The notes beneath the pieces were generated by a model. The model was given only the letters and a program-made list of their open reading frames with translations. It made no database searches and had not been told where the DNA came from. A DNA stretch of 63,571 bases, filler included, from Octopus bimaculoides (Eukaryota), in the NCBI RefSeq assembly GCF_001194135.2. It is 6 parts of 6 records of this genome, joined end to end, with 100 filler letters (N's around TTAATTAATTAA, not from the genome) between each part and the next. Parts side by side here need not be neighbours in the genome. Positions count along the whole stretch, not along the records: positions 1 to 14,932 come from NC_068985.1; positions 15,033 to 30,875 come from NC_068994.1; 4 more parts are not named here. The stretch is one strand, 5' to 3'. A program made the translations under genes and the position numbers. Positions 11,241 through 25,984 of this stretch are shown here, one piece after another (position 1 is the first letter of the stretch; each line of letters opens with the position of its first letter).

Positions 11241-14200
11241 ATACCTGTTGTATTGTATATTATATATGACTGTATTAAATTATTTTTTATATATATTCGG
11301 TATAAAGAGCGAAGCAAATGATCATATTTGATATTGAAAAGAGAGAGAGAGAAGGGCAGAAAGAGAGAGAGAGGGAGAAAGAGAGATAGAAAATGTCTGT
11401 GTGTGTCGGTGTGTGTGTGTATGCGTGTGTATTGGTGTGTGGGGTGTGTATGTGTGTGTGTGTGTGTGCGCGCGTTTGTGTGTGTGTGTGAGTGTGTTTG
11501 TGAATATAGTAAATTAATATTGGTTTCGCCTGAATTTCTCAAGTGTGACATAAACTATAAACTTTATATCAGAATCAGATATCAAAGTAAAAGGCTGCAA
11601 GTGGAAATCTTTGTAAAATTAATATCCTAACACAGTCGTTGTAAAATTAAATAAGTGACTTTATTTTATAACAATTTATCTGAGTTTTTATTGATATATA
11701 TTGATCATGGTTCCAATAATCGATGTGTAATATTTTTTTAATATTTTACGTGTTATTTTTGATATCAATAATATCATTGAAATGTGAAATATCTAGTGTG
11801 CTTAGTTCATATATCTTTGTATTCATATTTGATTTGTAACACAAATGAATTGCTTGAATATCTATCAATTGATCTGATTTGAAAATAATGAAATTATATC
11901 GCAGACCTTTTACTACCTTTACTTTCTTCATTTCTTTATAAATAGAGGCTCAACTCATCAGTGGGTTTAAATGAAATTTCTCTACTGTGCCCATCATATT
12001 TAGAGAGAGAGGTAGAGGGTGAGAAGGGGTTTATTAGTAACTAAGCCCATGTGTATAGAGTCAATAAAAATTAAACCCAATTGAAGTTCATATTGATTTT
12101 GTGAATCATTGCATAAGAAAACTATCTTAAAGCTGAAATAATCCTTTTAAAAACCGTCTTATACTAGTATTGTCATCATAAAAATAATTGTGGTAAACTT
12201 CTCATCGCGTTTGATAATGTTATGCCGTGATTTGAAGACTTATGCCTCTGAGAGGAATCAATCGCATTATACATAAGTACCGTTTATATCACAATATACA
12301 AATAAACGTAAATATCACAGAATTAACTAAGCGGAGCAGGAGCATACACAAGGACGAATAGTGTCATTGAAATAGTCACAGATGTGTGACGAAAGATTTT
12401 CGGGCAGTAGACATGAGTTTACATAAGAACAGTAATAAACGAGTGAAGAACGAACACAGTGCGAATGTTAATTTGGCAAAAAAAAAAAAATGACCGCCTG
12501 AAATACAACAATATCTGTTTATAACTATAATAGACATATTCACTGGCCATGACGATAAAACTGCACATGACAAAATTCGAAGTTATCAAGTGTGATATTA
12601 CATATGAGAATGGTGTCATATTGTCTTTCAGTTCCTTCATAAAATGCCATGTACTAATTATATAATGTAATAAAGTAGCTCATATTTACATATAATACAT
12701 TCGATAGTTCAAGTACAATCAGAGATTGTAACATTTTGGCATCGGGAACTGTATTGGGAGAAAAATCCCCAGACAGAATGTCTGTGAAGACAAATCCAGT
12801 TCGGCTGTGAACAACGTCAACGCTCCTGAGGACTCCTGTTTCTACATTGTTACACATCGAAGCTGTCCTTCATAACCCGCACCCACTAAGGACTTCGCTT
12901 CTTATATGTAAACAGTAAAGAATGAATTTGGTCTGCAAAGTGTCATCCTGAAATTACTTTAATTTAAAAGATACTCAACCACGATGAATAAATTAATGCC
13001 GACTTATATTTGATAAGATTGGAATACTTTTGTAAGAGCTTGGGAAGGAAACATTCTCGTTATAGACTCTAGGACACGTGCTTCCACGTCGACATTCTTT
13101 ATCAGCTATAGACACCTTCGATCATAGGCCAATAATAACTGCAGATCTTATATTAGACCAGAAAATAATAAATTTTCTAGCGTGGGAAGTACTTTACTAA
13201 GTTGGGCTTAGTTAATTAGAGACACACTAAGCAGCGATGGTTCAAATAAGTCCGTTTACACTTATATTTAACATATTCTCGTATATTCAAATGGGGAAAG
13301 ATATACGTTAAGTTATCTGTCTCGGAAGAAAAACATTTCTGATACTCAGTATATATCGAAACTCCGCAACGACGGTAAACTCTTAAAAGGTGATACTTCC
13401 TACACTTTATATTAAAATTCTGATTGCATTTAACTTTTCCGGGATGAAATATGCCTGTACTACATCATTATATAAGGCAATCAGAAATATACTAATCTAT
13501 AAAAATAATAAAGCACACAGTTCATTAGATATTTTAATGTATAAGTTAATGTGATGATTATGATATCCTGAATAACATATAAGAAGCACACATACATACA
13601 TGCACAAGTTTTTATCGATTTTAGACAATGTATGATGCCATCATATTTATCTATCTATATTAATATATATACATGTGTGTGTATATACGTATGCATCTGT
13701 GTATGTGTGCGTGTGTGTGAGGGCGTGTGTACATGGAAAAGCGAAACAAACAAATATAGTACTTCTATTCAGTGCATTTCTATATCTCAATAAAGAAGAC
13801 AATATTAGAAACATACTTATGCATTGGAGTATATAAATGAACACAAAAGAAGCCAGATTTAAAAACCAGAAAATATTATGATGTACTATCACAGACAACA
13901 ATTGCCTGTAGATCTCTCGGACTTGTTTCGAATGAATAGAAATAAGTATATTTACTTAGTAAGCTATATCTATTTCATCTAGGTTATAAATTTAACTTTG
14001 TACCTGTAATCATGAAAACGCATTGATCCTATGAAATAAATTGGAAATCATTTTGAAATTTGAGACTTTTAAGCAAAACCACAATTATACACGTATCGCA
14101 AGATTCTAGGTGGGAACCTTGTAGAGTAGATTTCACTTTCAGGACATTTAGAAACAATTCAAGAAAACACCCCGTGTCTCTTTTTATGGCACAATACCAA

Positions 14201-14932
14201 TGAAGGCTCCTTCAACGCAGCGATGGCAGTATTTGAAAGCGCGGATAATTGAAACCTCATAAAATTACATATAGTGGACACCTTTAGTAATACGTACCTG
14301 TCAGTCCATTTTACTCTCTATAGAGATACCACTTTACTTATCTGTTGAGACGAAAATAAGCACATCCTGATCTATACACTTAACTTACACGAATTTATGG
14401 TTTAGACGAACCTTACTATTGATAAGTTTTTAGATGTTACGTTCGATTTGGACACTAGCTGATACAAACACTACCGAAAACAAAATGAAATCCGTATATC
14501 TCCCCCCGTCGATATATGGAGTTTATAAAATTTATGAATGATTTCAGTAGTAGGATTTCGATCAACCGAAACACTTATGACAGAAAATTCGTTCTGAAAA
14601 CGTGGTTTTCTTCTTTTCCAGTCAACGGAACGGAAAACCACTGTCTCATTTCGGACACATTTAGAATCGTTTAAGGCATCTATTTCCCCTTTCAGAATCT
14701 TATTCATGTGTCGTTTCTTTTTCACCATGAAACTAACCAAAACTATATATTCACGTCCAGCAGTAAAGAGGCTGTGTGCTTCCAGGTAGCAGGTATCATA
14801 AGTGGCGTATATTGCCAAGTGACATAGTATACGTGAAACCAATGGCAACTTTCTGAGCAACGAAATTCCATTCGACTACATGAAACTGGGCTAAATTTCT
14901 TTTTGAGGCTGCTTTTGTTTCTGACAACAAAA

Positions 14933-15032
14933 NNNNNNNNNNNNNNNNNNNNNNNNNNNNNNNNNNNNNNNNNNNNTTAATTAATTAANNNNNNNNNNNN
15001 NNNNNNNNNNNNNNNNNNNNNNNNNNNNNNNN
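14933..15032. other. Artificial scaffold spacer 44N-TTAATTAATTAA-44N
   Basis: The 12-mer gives stop codons in all six frames; the same 100-bp layout recurs five times. Confidence 0.95.
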
Positions 15033-15959
15033 ATATATATAATATATAGACATACATACAAAAAAGTTGCGTCTTGGGGGTGATCTAATCGACTGGACCG
15101 CTCTCCTAAAATTTCTGCCTTATGCCTAGGGTAGAAAAGAATATATCTCACTTCTTCATCTATCTATCTAGTTAGCTAGCTAGTTAGATATGGCATTCAA
15201 AAAATAATTGAAAAAAACACGCTTCTTAAGTTTTTATGTTGATCTGCAAAAATTACGAGTGGCATGTGCTAGATGAGGCCTCTTTTGCATTTTCATCAAA
15301 TTGGAACGCAATCATACATTATATATTATGTATGCATTTCTTTGTATATGCACCTATACATAGATACATGCAAGCATACACACATACACACGCATATATA
15401 TGCATATATATATATATACACACACATATATGTTAACACATAATCGTGTATATTATATATATATATATATATGTATATTATATATATATATATATATATA
15501 CATATAGGTTCTTATATATGCACATGTATAATATATGCGTGTACTCGCATGTGCATATAGATATTCATATATTTATATATATGCAATATACATACATGTG
15601 TGTGCGTACAAATATACACAGACACAGGCAAATGTAAATTTATAACTAGCTGCAGTTGGTTACCTTCTGTTAGTCTGAAATTTTAAAGTTTTGGAAGGCA
15701 ATTTTGATACGGTATCGGCTGTTGGTATGTTGATATATTCCAACTTTGGAATAATTCAACAGCTGGAATCAGGCAAGAGCTGGAATAATTCAACATTTAA
15801 AATAATTCAACGATTGGAATAATTTTTCAGTTGGAATAATCTTACAGTCAACCACTCCCGCCACCCGCTTCAAGATTGCTGCTCCGGCGTGATATAGAAA
15901 TTTGAAGTAGCTGGTTGCTACCAAATGCAACTATTTAATACATATAATATATGTNNNNN

Positions 15960-16170
15960 NNNNNTATTTCGTTTTTGTATTTGGTTTGTAAGATTCTTTA
16001 TGTGAATTCGTGTGTTGCAGCATATTTTATTGTGTCTGGTGAGAGTCATTCTCCTTTCGTGCCTTATTAATTAATACACTCACTGGTTCGATTTCCGCTC
16101 ATTTACTTATTTATCTTTTCTAAAATTTTCGTTCCGTCTAGCAACTTCTTCAATAGTCGTTGACTCTTGC
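15960..16170 (-). mobile_element. Probable PLE terminal fragment with a decayed hammerhead-like motif
   Basis: Minus strand at about 16157-16118 reads TTGAAGA-AGTTGC-tagacg-GAAC-GAAA-ATTTTA. The first core base is mutated. Confidence 0.35.
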
Positions 16171-16205
16171 ATATTCATGTATTAGTGTATTCATGTTTGT
16201 GTGTC

Positions 16206-16263
<58 letters not shown>

Positions 16264-16481
16264 TGTTTGTCTATGTGTGTGTATTTGTGTGTGTACTTCT
16301 GTCTCCTTGTGTGTGCATGTTTGAGTGTGGCTATGTATGTGTTTGTGTGACTATGTACGTGCGACTGTTATGTATGGATGTGTCTCCATATGTGTATGTG
16401 AAATGTGCGTGTGTGTATATGGTCGTGTGTTTCAGTCATCCTTCGTGTGTAGATGTGTGTGTGCTTGTTTGTCCGCTTTAC

Positions 16482-16551
<70 letters not shown>

Positions 16552-16899
16552 CTGCCTATATATCTGCTTACCTACATATCCATTTACCTNNNNNNNNNNN
16601 NNNNNNNNNNNNNNNNNNNNNNNNNNNNNNNNNNNNNNNNNNNNNNNNNNNNNNNNNNNNNNNNNNNNNNNNNNNNNNNNNNNNNNNNNNNNNNNNNNNN
16701 NNNNNNNNNNNNNNNNNNNNNNNNNNNNNNNNNNNNNNNNNNNNNNNNNNNNNNNNNNNNNNNNNNNNNNNNNNNNNNNNNNNNNNNNNNNNNNNNNNNN
16801 NNNNNNNNNNNNNNNNNNNNNNNNNNNNNNNNNNNNNNNNNNNNNNNNNNNNNNNNNNNNNNNNNNNNNNNNNNNNNNNNNNNNNNNNNNNNNNNNCGG

Positions 16900-17006
16900 A
16901 TGAATGAAAATGGATTATGATTAATGAAGGTGCATTAATTATAATTAATGAAGGATTATAATTAATGAAGGATTATAATTAATGAAGGATTATAATTAAT
17001 GAAGGC
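16900..17006. repeat. 17-bp minisatellite (ATTATAATTAATGAAGG), about 5-6 copies
   Basis: Directly visible tandem units. Confidence 0.9.
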
Positions 17007-18671
17007 TACTCGAACCCCACTCTCGAGCAGAACCATTTAACTGTTTTTATTAAAGTTTTTATATCTTTTTTTTTCTTTTGTAGTATCATGTGTGTAGTCT
17101 TTCCAAAAATATTAAAAAGCTCACTTACGTTTTACCAGTTTATATACGGTTTCAAATCTTCATAGTTCACGACTGCAGGTAGGTCGTCATATTCCACCCC
17201 CACTCCTAATTAGGAATGACGTGGAGCTAAACAAGTTCGAGAACAATAACAACATCAACAACAACGATAACAACGACGGAAACAACGACGTCAGAGTTAA
17301 GCGGTTGCTTGCGTTTGAACATAGTTAAATAAGAGCCAAAGAATGAATTGGAAACAGCTGGAAATCACAACTTCAGATCGCATCTACCACTTTAAAGACA
17401 GGAAGGAAGGACACATTGGAAAATGTAGTTCTGTATAAACAAAAAAGTGGATGATCATGGTTGGAACGCCTTTGAGCACATGTCTGCTCGTTCGGGACTA
17501 AGCTGGGGCTAAAAAAAAATTTAAGAAGAAAAAATAGTTGCAGCAGGTGACGTAGTAGTAGCGGAAGAAGGCGAAAATGAAAGTACACCATCGCCCCCCC
17601 CCCTATAAGCACCACCACCAACATCAGAGCCAATACTAACATAATCACGAAGATCTAATACCATCATCAATACTAACCCACTAACACAAATAATGAATGG
17701 CACCATCAATACGATACGATACAATACTCTGCCTGCTATGCACACTCGACATAAATACAATACAAAAATATTAAAACGCAATAATACATTTCCATCTCCA
17801 CCCTTACCTTCTGCACCTCACATCACGATCACCTACAACAATGCATCTTAATATAACTGCTGCCAGTTCGCCACGACTTATTAGCTAGAGTTTGTTCAGC
17901 GTTTATTTCAAGCTAAGCTGAAACTGTCGTCGATGAATCAACAAAATGGACGCTATTATCGACAAACGAACGATTTGCTGTTCGTTATCTTGCTTTGCGT
18001 CTCAACGGCAACATATATTAGTCAAGGGTTATGCAACGCAGTTCAGAATGAATATCGGCAAATCTTGTGCTCGTGTTCATACGGCGCCTTAACCTGATCC
18101 GGAAACATTTCACCACAGGACATATATATTCCAAACTACATGACTGGCAAAATGTAAAGGTTATCTATAGTTGCATGACTATCTGTAAATCAGTAAATCC
18201 CGTGTTCAATAGTCGTATTAATGCTGTTAATACATCAGTTTTGTTTTGTTCGTTTGTTAGTATGTTCTGAAAATGGCTTCATAATGGTTAAAAATAGAGT
18301 TATTTAAGAGGATTTGTTCGTGATAACGCTGTAGCGTAAATGTTAATGAGACAAACAGATATTTGATAGATAAATAGAAAGATATACAGGAATGTACGTA
18401 TTGTATACAAGCAAAGGTGTCTGATAATTTGATACTCACAGACACACAAACACGTAGACACACACACATACACAAATACATACATACATACATACATATA
18501 TGTCTATATACATACAAACAGACACATATATATTTATATAGCTAATATATAATTGAGTGTGTATGTGTGTATGTATATGCCACCGAAAGGCTCCGAAACG
18601 GATTTGATTTCCGAAATCTACGTCATAAGGAGAAGGTTTTTGATTAGTCGTAATCAAAACGTATAATTTGC

Positions 18672-18743
<72 letters not shown>

Positions 18744-18757
18744 GAATATACATGCCA

Positions 18758-18800
<43 letters not shown>

Positions 18801-19399
18801 TACATAGACTTCTTATTGAAGGTGTTCAACCCGTGCTTCTCCTGTATTGTATATGCCAGAGACCACATTGCCATATGTATCCTTCTTTACCTGAGAAAAC
18901 AGGTTCTGTTTTGAGTAATATATCACTGCTATTTCTGCTTGGCCAAGCGACCACGAAGGGATCCCTTCGTTGATTAATGCGTAGATTGTACATGGAATGA
19001 ATCGCTGGGACTGTTGTCGATTGTAAATAATGTAGACAGGTATCATGCATATTTTTGAATACTGACTGTAATTTGCTCCAAATTAAAGTCATTCACACGA
19101 ATGCTAACGAAATAGATTGGCAATTACAAGAAAATTCCAAACGAAAATACAGCACCTAAAATCTGAGGCAAGCAGTGATAACCCGCATTAAAAAAGAGAA
19201 AAAAAACCTAACAAAAAATAAAGCCTCAATCAAAAATGTTAATAAAATTAGTAAAAGATATTTGTATGCCATGACAAGTGTTGAATTCTGACGTTTCTCA
19301 CGAGATCCTTATTTCGAGAAATTAGAAATAAATGTGCAAAGGGTGTGACTGAGAAACCGGCAAATGAAGATTTTACATTTCTCAAAATCCTTTACCGCT

Positions 19400-19621
19400 T
19401 ATCTTCACACACACACTTTCACATACACACTTGCACACGTGCACACAAACACACACACGCGCGTGCACACATCAACACATACATACACACATACATGTAC
19501 ACGCGCGCGGACACATACATATACATACATACACACACACGTGCACACAAACACACACACATACACACTTCCACACGTGCACACAAGCAAACACGCGCGC
19601 GCACAAACCAACCCATATAAT

Positions 19622-19666
<45 letters not shown>

Positions 19667-19815
19667 ATACACGCGCGCGGACACATACATATACATACAC
19701 ATACACACACACACGCGTGCACAGGTGCACACAAACACACACACGCGCGTGCACACACAAACACAAGCACAAATGCACATACCCACACACACACAAATGC
19801 ATACACATACACGTA
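19400..19815. repeat. Compound (CA)/(CG) alternating purine-pyrimidine block with internally duplicated modules
   Basis: acgcgcgcggacacatacatatacatac occurs at about 19501 and 19671; cacgtgcacacaaacacacacac recurs. Confidence 0.85.
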
Positions 19816-19883
19816 GGCACTTTGCTCATTTCTCCGAAAAATGTTTCCCTATTAGAAATGCCATCACTCACTTCGCCTTTGCT

Positions 19884-20205
19884 CGTTTCAGTCATTGGAC
19901 TGCGACCACTCAGGCACACCGCTACGAAAGGTTTGGTCAGATAAATCGACCCTGGTGCATATTTTTCTACGTCAGCTACTTATTCTATCAGTCTGTTTTG
20001 CTGAACCGCTATGTTACGGGGAAATAAACACGCCAACGCCATTTGTAAATTTGTGGTGGGAAGTACAAACACAAACGCACATGCTCACATACATGTATCC
20101 ACACACGCGCACACACTCATATTTGCATATACATGACGGGCTTCCACACAGTTTCCGTTCATCAAATTCATTCACAAGGTGTTGGTCGGTCCAGGAAGAC
20201 GTTAC
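19884..20205 (-). mobile_element. SINE family A copy, diverged
   Basis: Shares tttcagtcattggactgc...gctgaaccgctatgttacgggg...gacgggcttc...cacaagg with the other copies. Confidence 0.75.
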
Positions 20206-21024
20206 TATATTGCATAGTTTAGGCACAGATAAAGAGATTTCTTGATAGAATATTAAATAATATTTAGTTAGACCATCGAAACTAATAAAGGATCGATTGA
20301 TCGATCGATCGATCCATCCAGCCCGCCAGTCGTCCGACGTCCGTCCGTCCATCCATCCATCCGTTCATCCGTCCGTCCACACAGTCACGTATGTACCCGG
20401 ACTTCTCAATCGAACAATTAAGCCTTCGATCACCACAGATCTTTTACTGGTCTTGCGCCAATGATATATAATAAATCATAGTTACTTTAACAAAAAAAAA
20501 AATTTTTTTCCTGTAAATCTCATCAGAAATGTCTTTCGGACAAATAATCTAATCTTAATTATAATTCTTTGATTGAGATAATAATAATAATAAAGTAAAG
20601 ATATTGAAATAGACGATAAAGAAATTTAGAGATAGAAGCAAAAAAAAAAAAAACCCAAAACAAGAAAAATATCATCTAACAACCAGCAAAGCAACCAACC
20701 AACCGACTAACCAGCCAGCCAGCCAGCCAGCCAGCCAACTAGCCAACCAACCGACCAACCGGCCCGCCATTTAAAGTGAAATAAATATAAAATGTATGGA
20801 ACAAAAAGAACAAACAAAATCAAGAGATAACGAAAATGACAAAAGAGAGATAATTTCTCCTTATTTTCATTATAAAAGAAGGCTTTATTATCACCNNNNN
20901 NNNNNNNNNNNNNNNNNNNNNNNNNNNNNNNNNNNNNNNNNNNNNNNNNNNNNNNNNNNNNNNNNNNNNNNNNNNNNNNNNNNNNNNNNNNNNNNNNNNN
21001 NNNNNNNNNNNNNNNNNNNNNNNN

Positions 21025-21560
<536 letters not shown>

Positions 21561-21821
21561 TTATGAAGGACAAATTATTCTTTTTATTACGATATCCATT
21601 GGTTTGTTTATTTTCAGTTCATTATACTTGGTTCGTTTGTTTCTTTTGATAATGTTATATAATCGAATTTAAATTACAATCAGAAACATTACAAAGAAAA
21701 TTCGACAACAGAATACTCAACGCCAAAGTTAAATGCACGTACATACGTACAGAACCCTTTCTCTTTCTCTTTCTATGTATGAATGTATGTATGTATGTAT
21801 GTATGTATGTATATACACACC

Positions 21822-21894
<73 letters not shown>

Positions 21895-22246
21895 NNNNNN
21901 NNNNNNNNNNNNNNNNNNNNNNNNNNNNNNNNNNNNNNNNNNNNNNNNNNNNNNNNNNNNNNNNNNNNNNNNNNNNNNNNNNNNNNNNNNNNNNNNNNNN
22001 NNNNNNNNNNNNNNNNNNNNNNNNNNNNNNNNNNNNNNNNNNNNNNNNNNNNNNNNNNNNNNNNNNNNNNNNNNNNNNNNNNNNNNNNNNNNNNNNNNNN
22101 NNNNNNNNNNNNNNNNNNNNNNNNNNNNNNNNNNNNNNNNNNNNNNNNNNNNNNNNNNNNNNNNNNNNNNNNNNNNNNNNNNNNNNNNNNNNNNNNNNNN
22201 NNNNNNNNNNNNNNNNNNNNNNNNNNNNNNNNNNNNNNNNNNNNNN

Positions 22247-22289
<43 letters not shown>

Positions 22290-22394
22290 GACATACACAC
22301 ACTCTCACACACACACATATATGTAAATATATATATATATTCATATATATATATGCATATATATATATATATACATACATATGTATATATACAT

Positions 22395-22427
<33 letters not shown>

Positions 22428-22699
22428 CACATATACTTACATATGTTGTTTTGCATGTATTTAAATGTAAATGAGTATAAACGCACAAAATCAAAACTAC
22501 TACAGGAAAGAGAAAGTTCCAAAATGAATAAATAAATAAATAAATAAAAATGAAACTCCCTTCAAATGGAATAATATCGAACTGTTGAGTGATGGGGAAT
22601 ATAAATTGATCTTGCCTCATATTGATCTTGCCATATATTGTGTGAGAATATTTTAACAAAGAATGAATGTTGTGTTTACTTTAGGAAGAAATGCGAAAT

Positions 22700-22992
22700 G
22701 CTATTGTTTTTGCAGTTACCGTTGTTGTTTTTCACGTTGCTGTCGTTGTTGTTGGTGGTGGTGGTGCTGGTGGCGTATTTGTTGCCGTTGTTAGTGGTGG
22801 TCGTGGTAGTAATTCTGGTATCGAATGCTGGTAGCAATAGCAGTGAAGCTGGTAGTTATGGTGGTGGTTGTGGTGGTGGTAGTGGTTTCGGTAGCAGTTC
22901 TGGTAATGCCGATCACTAGAATGGCGGTGCCGATGATGCTGGCGGCAATTGTAGTGTTGCTTGCGGGGCCGCCGGCAGTAAAAGAAGTGGCG

Positions 22993-23024
<32 letters not shown>

Positions 23025-23330
23025 GGTAGTGATGTTGTTGTTGTCGATGGTGGTAGTGGTAGTGGTAGTGGTAGTGATGTTGGTGGTGGTGGTGGTGGTA
23101 GTAATGTTGATGTTGGTGGTTGTAGCACTGATGCTGCTGCTGTTGGTGGAGGTTGTAGTGGTAGTAGTGATGCTGCTGGTGGTGGTGGTGGTGGTGGTAG
23201 TAGTGGTGTTGATAGTATTGATGATGGTTGTGGTGGTGCTGGTGCTGGTGCTGGTGGTGGTGATGGTGGTGGTGATGGTGGTGGTGGTGGTGGTGGTGGT
23301 GATGGTGGTGGTGGTGATGGTGCTAATAGT
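22700..23330. repeat. Degenerate (GGT/GTT/GTA)n trinucleotide region
   Basis: Directly visible; accounts for the poly-T/V ORFs. Confidence 0.85.
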
Positions 23331-23781
23331 NNNNNNNNNNNNNNNNNNNNNNNNNNNNNNNNNNNNNNNNNNNNNNNNNNNNNNNNNNNNNNNNNNNNNN
23401 NNNNNNNNNNNNNNNNNNNNNNNNNNNNNNNNNNNNNNNNNNNNNNNNNNNNNNNNNNNNNNNNNNNNNNNNNNNNNNNNNNNNNNNNNNNNNNNNNNNN
23501 NNNNNNNNNNNNNNNNNNNNNNNNNNNNNNNNNNNNNNNNNNNNNNNNNNNNNNNNNNNNNNNNNNNNNNNNNNNNNNNNNNNNNNNNNNNNNNNNNNNN
23601 NNNNNNNNNNNNNNNNNNNNNNNNNNNNNNNNNNNNNNNNNNNNNNNNNNNNNNNNNNNNNNNNNNNNNNNNNNNNNNNNNNNNNNNNNNNNNNNNNNNN
23701 NNNNNNNNNNNNNNNNNNNNNNNNNNNNNNNNNNNNNNNNNNNNNNNNNNNNNNNNNNNNNNNNNNNNNNNNNNNNNNNNN

Positions 23782-23826
<45 letters not shown>

Positions 23827-24918
23827 GTATATATCAAAACACACACATATACTCGTATCCCTTTCCATTTTTCTGTATTCAAATGCTGACAAAAGAACAA
23901 CTTTTTGCTTTTCAACGTTCGGGTGTGTCTGCAAAAGAATATTTTGAACATATTCTTTAGTCGACCTTATAAATTATCATTAATCGACCGTTAAATTTGT
24001 GAATTAGCGTCAATGTTAGAAATTCTATTTTTTTGAAAAGTAGATTTGAAATCGGCGACATTGGACCCAACTCACTAGAACACCATTATACAATTACTAT
24101 ATATATTGGCTGTTAACCATTTAACCATACGTGCACTTTTCTCGGATTCTGATCCTTTTTTTGTTTCTTTCACTCCTATATTTCTATCTAAAACTTTCAC
24201 TGTCTACATCCTATTGTTAGTAAGTACCTAAGCGACACTCGGGAAAATTAAGGTTTTCAGAAAAACTAATCAAGCAACTATCCTGCATATTACAAACACA
24301 ATCGTTAAGCAGAAGAGTAAAAATATGCAAGACTTACTTCAAGTTTAAAATTTAACATTGCTTTATTATCTATATTCCGTTAATGAAGTTTTGTATCTTT
24401 GGCAGAAAACAGATCTTTCCTTACAGGAAGACTTCAAGTAATTCAAAATAGAAAAGAACATACATACATACATACATGCAAACAAACATACATACATACT
24501 TTCATACATATATTCATTCATTCATTAATCCATACATGAATATAAATTCATTCATGTATACATACATACATGCATGCATACAGGTAAAATGATACGCATC
24601 CATATCAAAACGCACAAAACAATAATTACATAGACGTATAAAACACACACACACACACTACACGCTCGCGCGCACACACACATACAGACACACACGTACA
24701 CATCTTATGCTATAGAAAACCACATTCTTATATATATGCATATACATTAAATGCACAAACTATTTCACATACATAACATTTAGTCGAAAGCAACAATCAT
24801 ATGCACAACAAACAAAAACCTGCGCGCGCACACACACACGTACATACACACATTTATACACACACGCACACACCAAAGAAAAACACGCGCATACACGCAC
24901 ACACACGTACATACTCAC

Positions 24919-24956
<38 letters not shown>

Positions 24957-25157
24957 AAACAAAACAGTCCATGCTGTTAGTAACACGTATCAATACAACA
25001 ACACAACTATTCAGGTGCATAGATGCACACATAGACACATACTCACACACACACACACACATACACATACACACATGTACACATACCTATAACACATACA
25101 CACACACATTTCCGTTAGAAACATATATCAATGCAACACAACTATACAAGCACATAA

Positions 25158-25209
<52 letters not shown>

Positions 25210-25220
25210 ACACACACAGA

Positions 25221-25264
<44 letters not shown>

Positions 25265-25460
25265 ATTCACACATACACACATACGCGCGTACACACACAT
25301 ACATACACACACACAAATGCACACGTTTTACCTGTAGCAATAGAAAACCATTACACTCGAAGCAATATCCAGGCTAACCGCTTGTTATTACAATCAGATG
25401 ATGATGATGATGATGATGACGACGGTAACGACGACCATGATGATGGTGTCGATGATGATA

Positions 25461-25520
<60 letters not shown>

Positions 25521-25947
25521 TTGACGATGATGATGATGATTCTCAAGAATATTGCTGATGATTACAACATCTACAACATCAACAAAAATAATTGTTTCAC
25601 ATTCAGACACAAGGCAACGATAATAACAACATCAACAACAACAAGAACAACACCAACAGCAGCAGCAGCAACAACAACAACAACATGAACGGTATAAAGA
25701 AAATTCACTGTAATTCGCAGCTAATTTTTAACAGAGAACAAACTTAATATCTTTTGTGATTCTACACAACAGAGAAACAGAGAAACATAGAAACATAGAA
25801 ATGCTTTCATTGTTTTCTCATCCCGTCCGATAATGTTAACTGTATAATAATAACAGAATAAAGCGGAAAGCTATATTCTCTTGAATATTGGTTGGTTGAA
25901 TGGAATATTGAGTAAATAAACAAGCAAGAAAGAACAACACACACAAA

Positions 25948-25984
<37 letters not shown>

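Noticed and set aside
18095-18157. Selenocysteine read-through of the UGA ending the 17933 ORF
   Set aside because: No SECIS recognisable and no redox-motif context.
22791-23330. Mucin-like Thr-rich ORF with an apparent TM segment (AASIIGTAILVIGIT)
   Set aside because: Degenerate trinucleotide repeat open on both strands, with no splice or start support.
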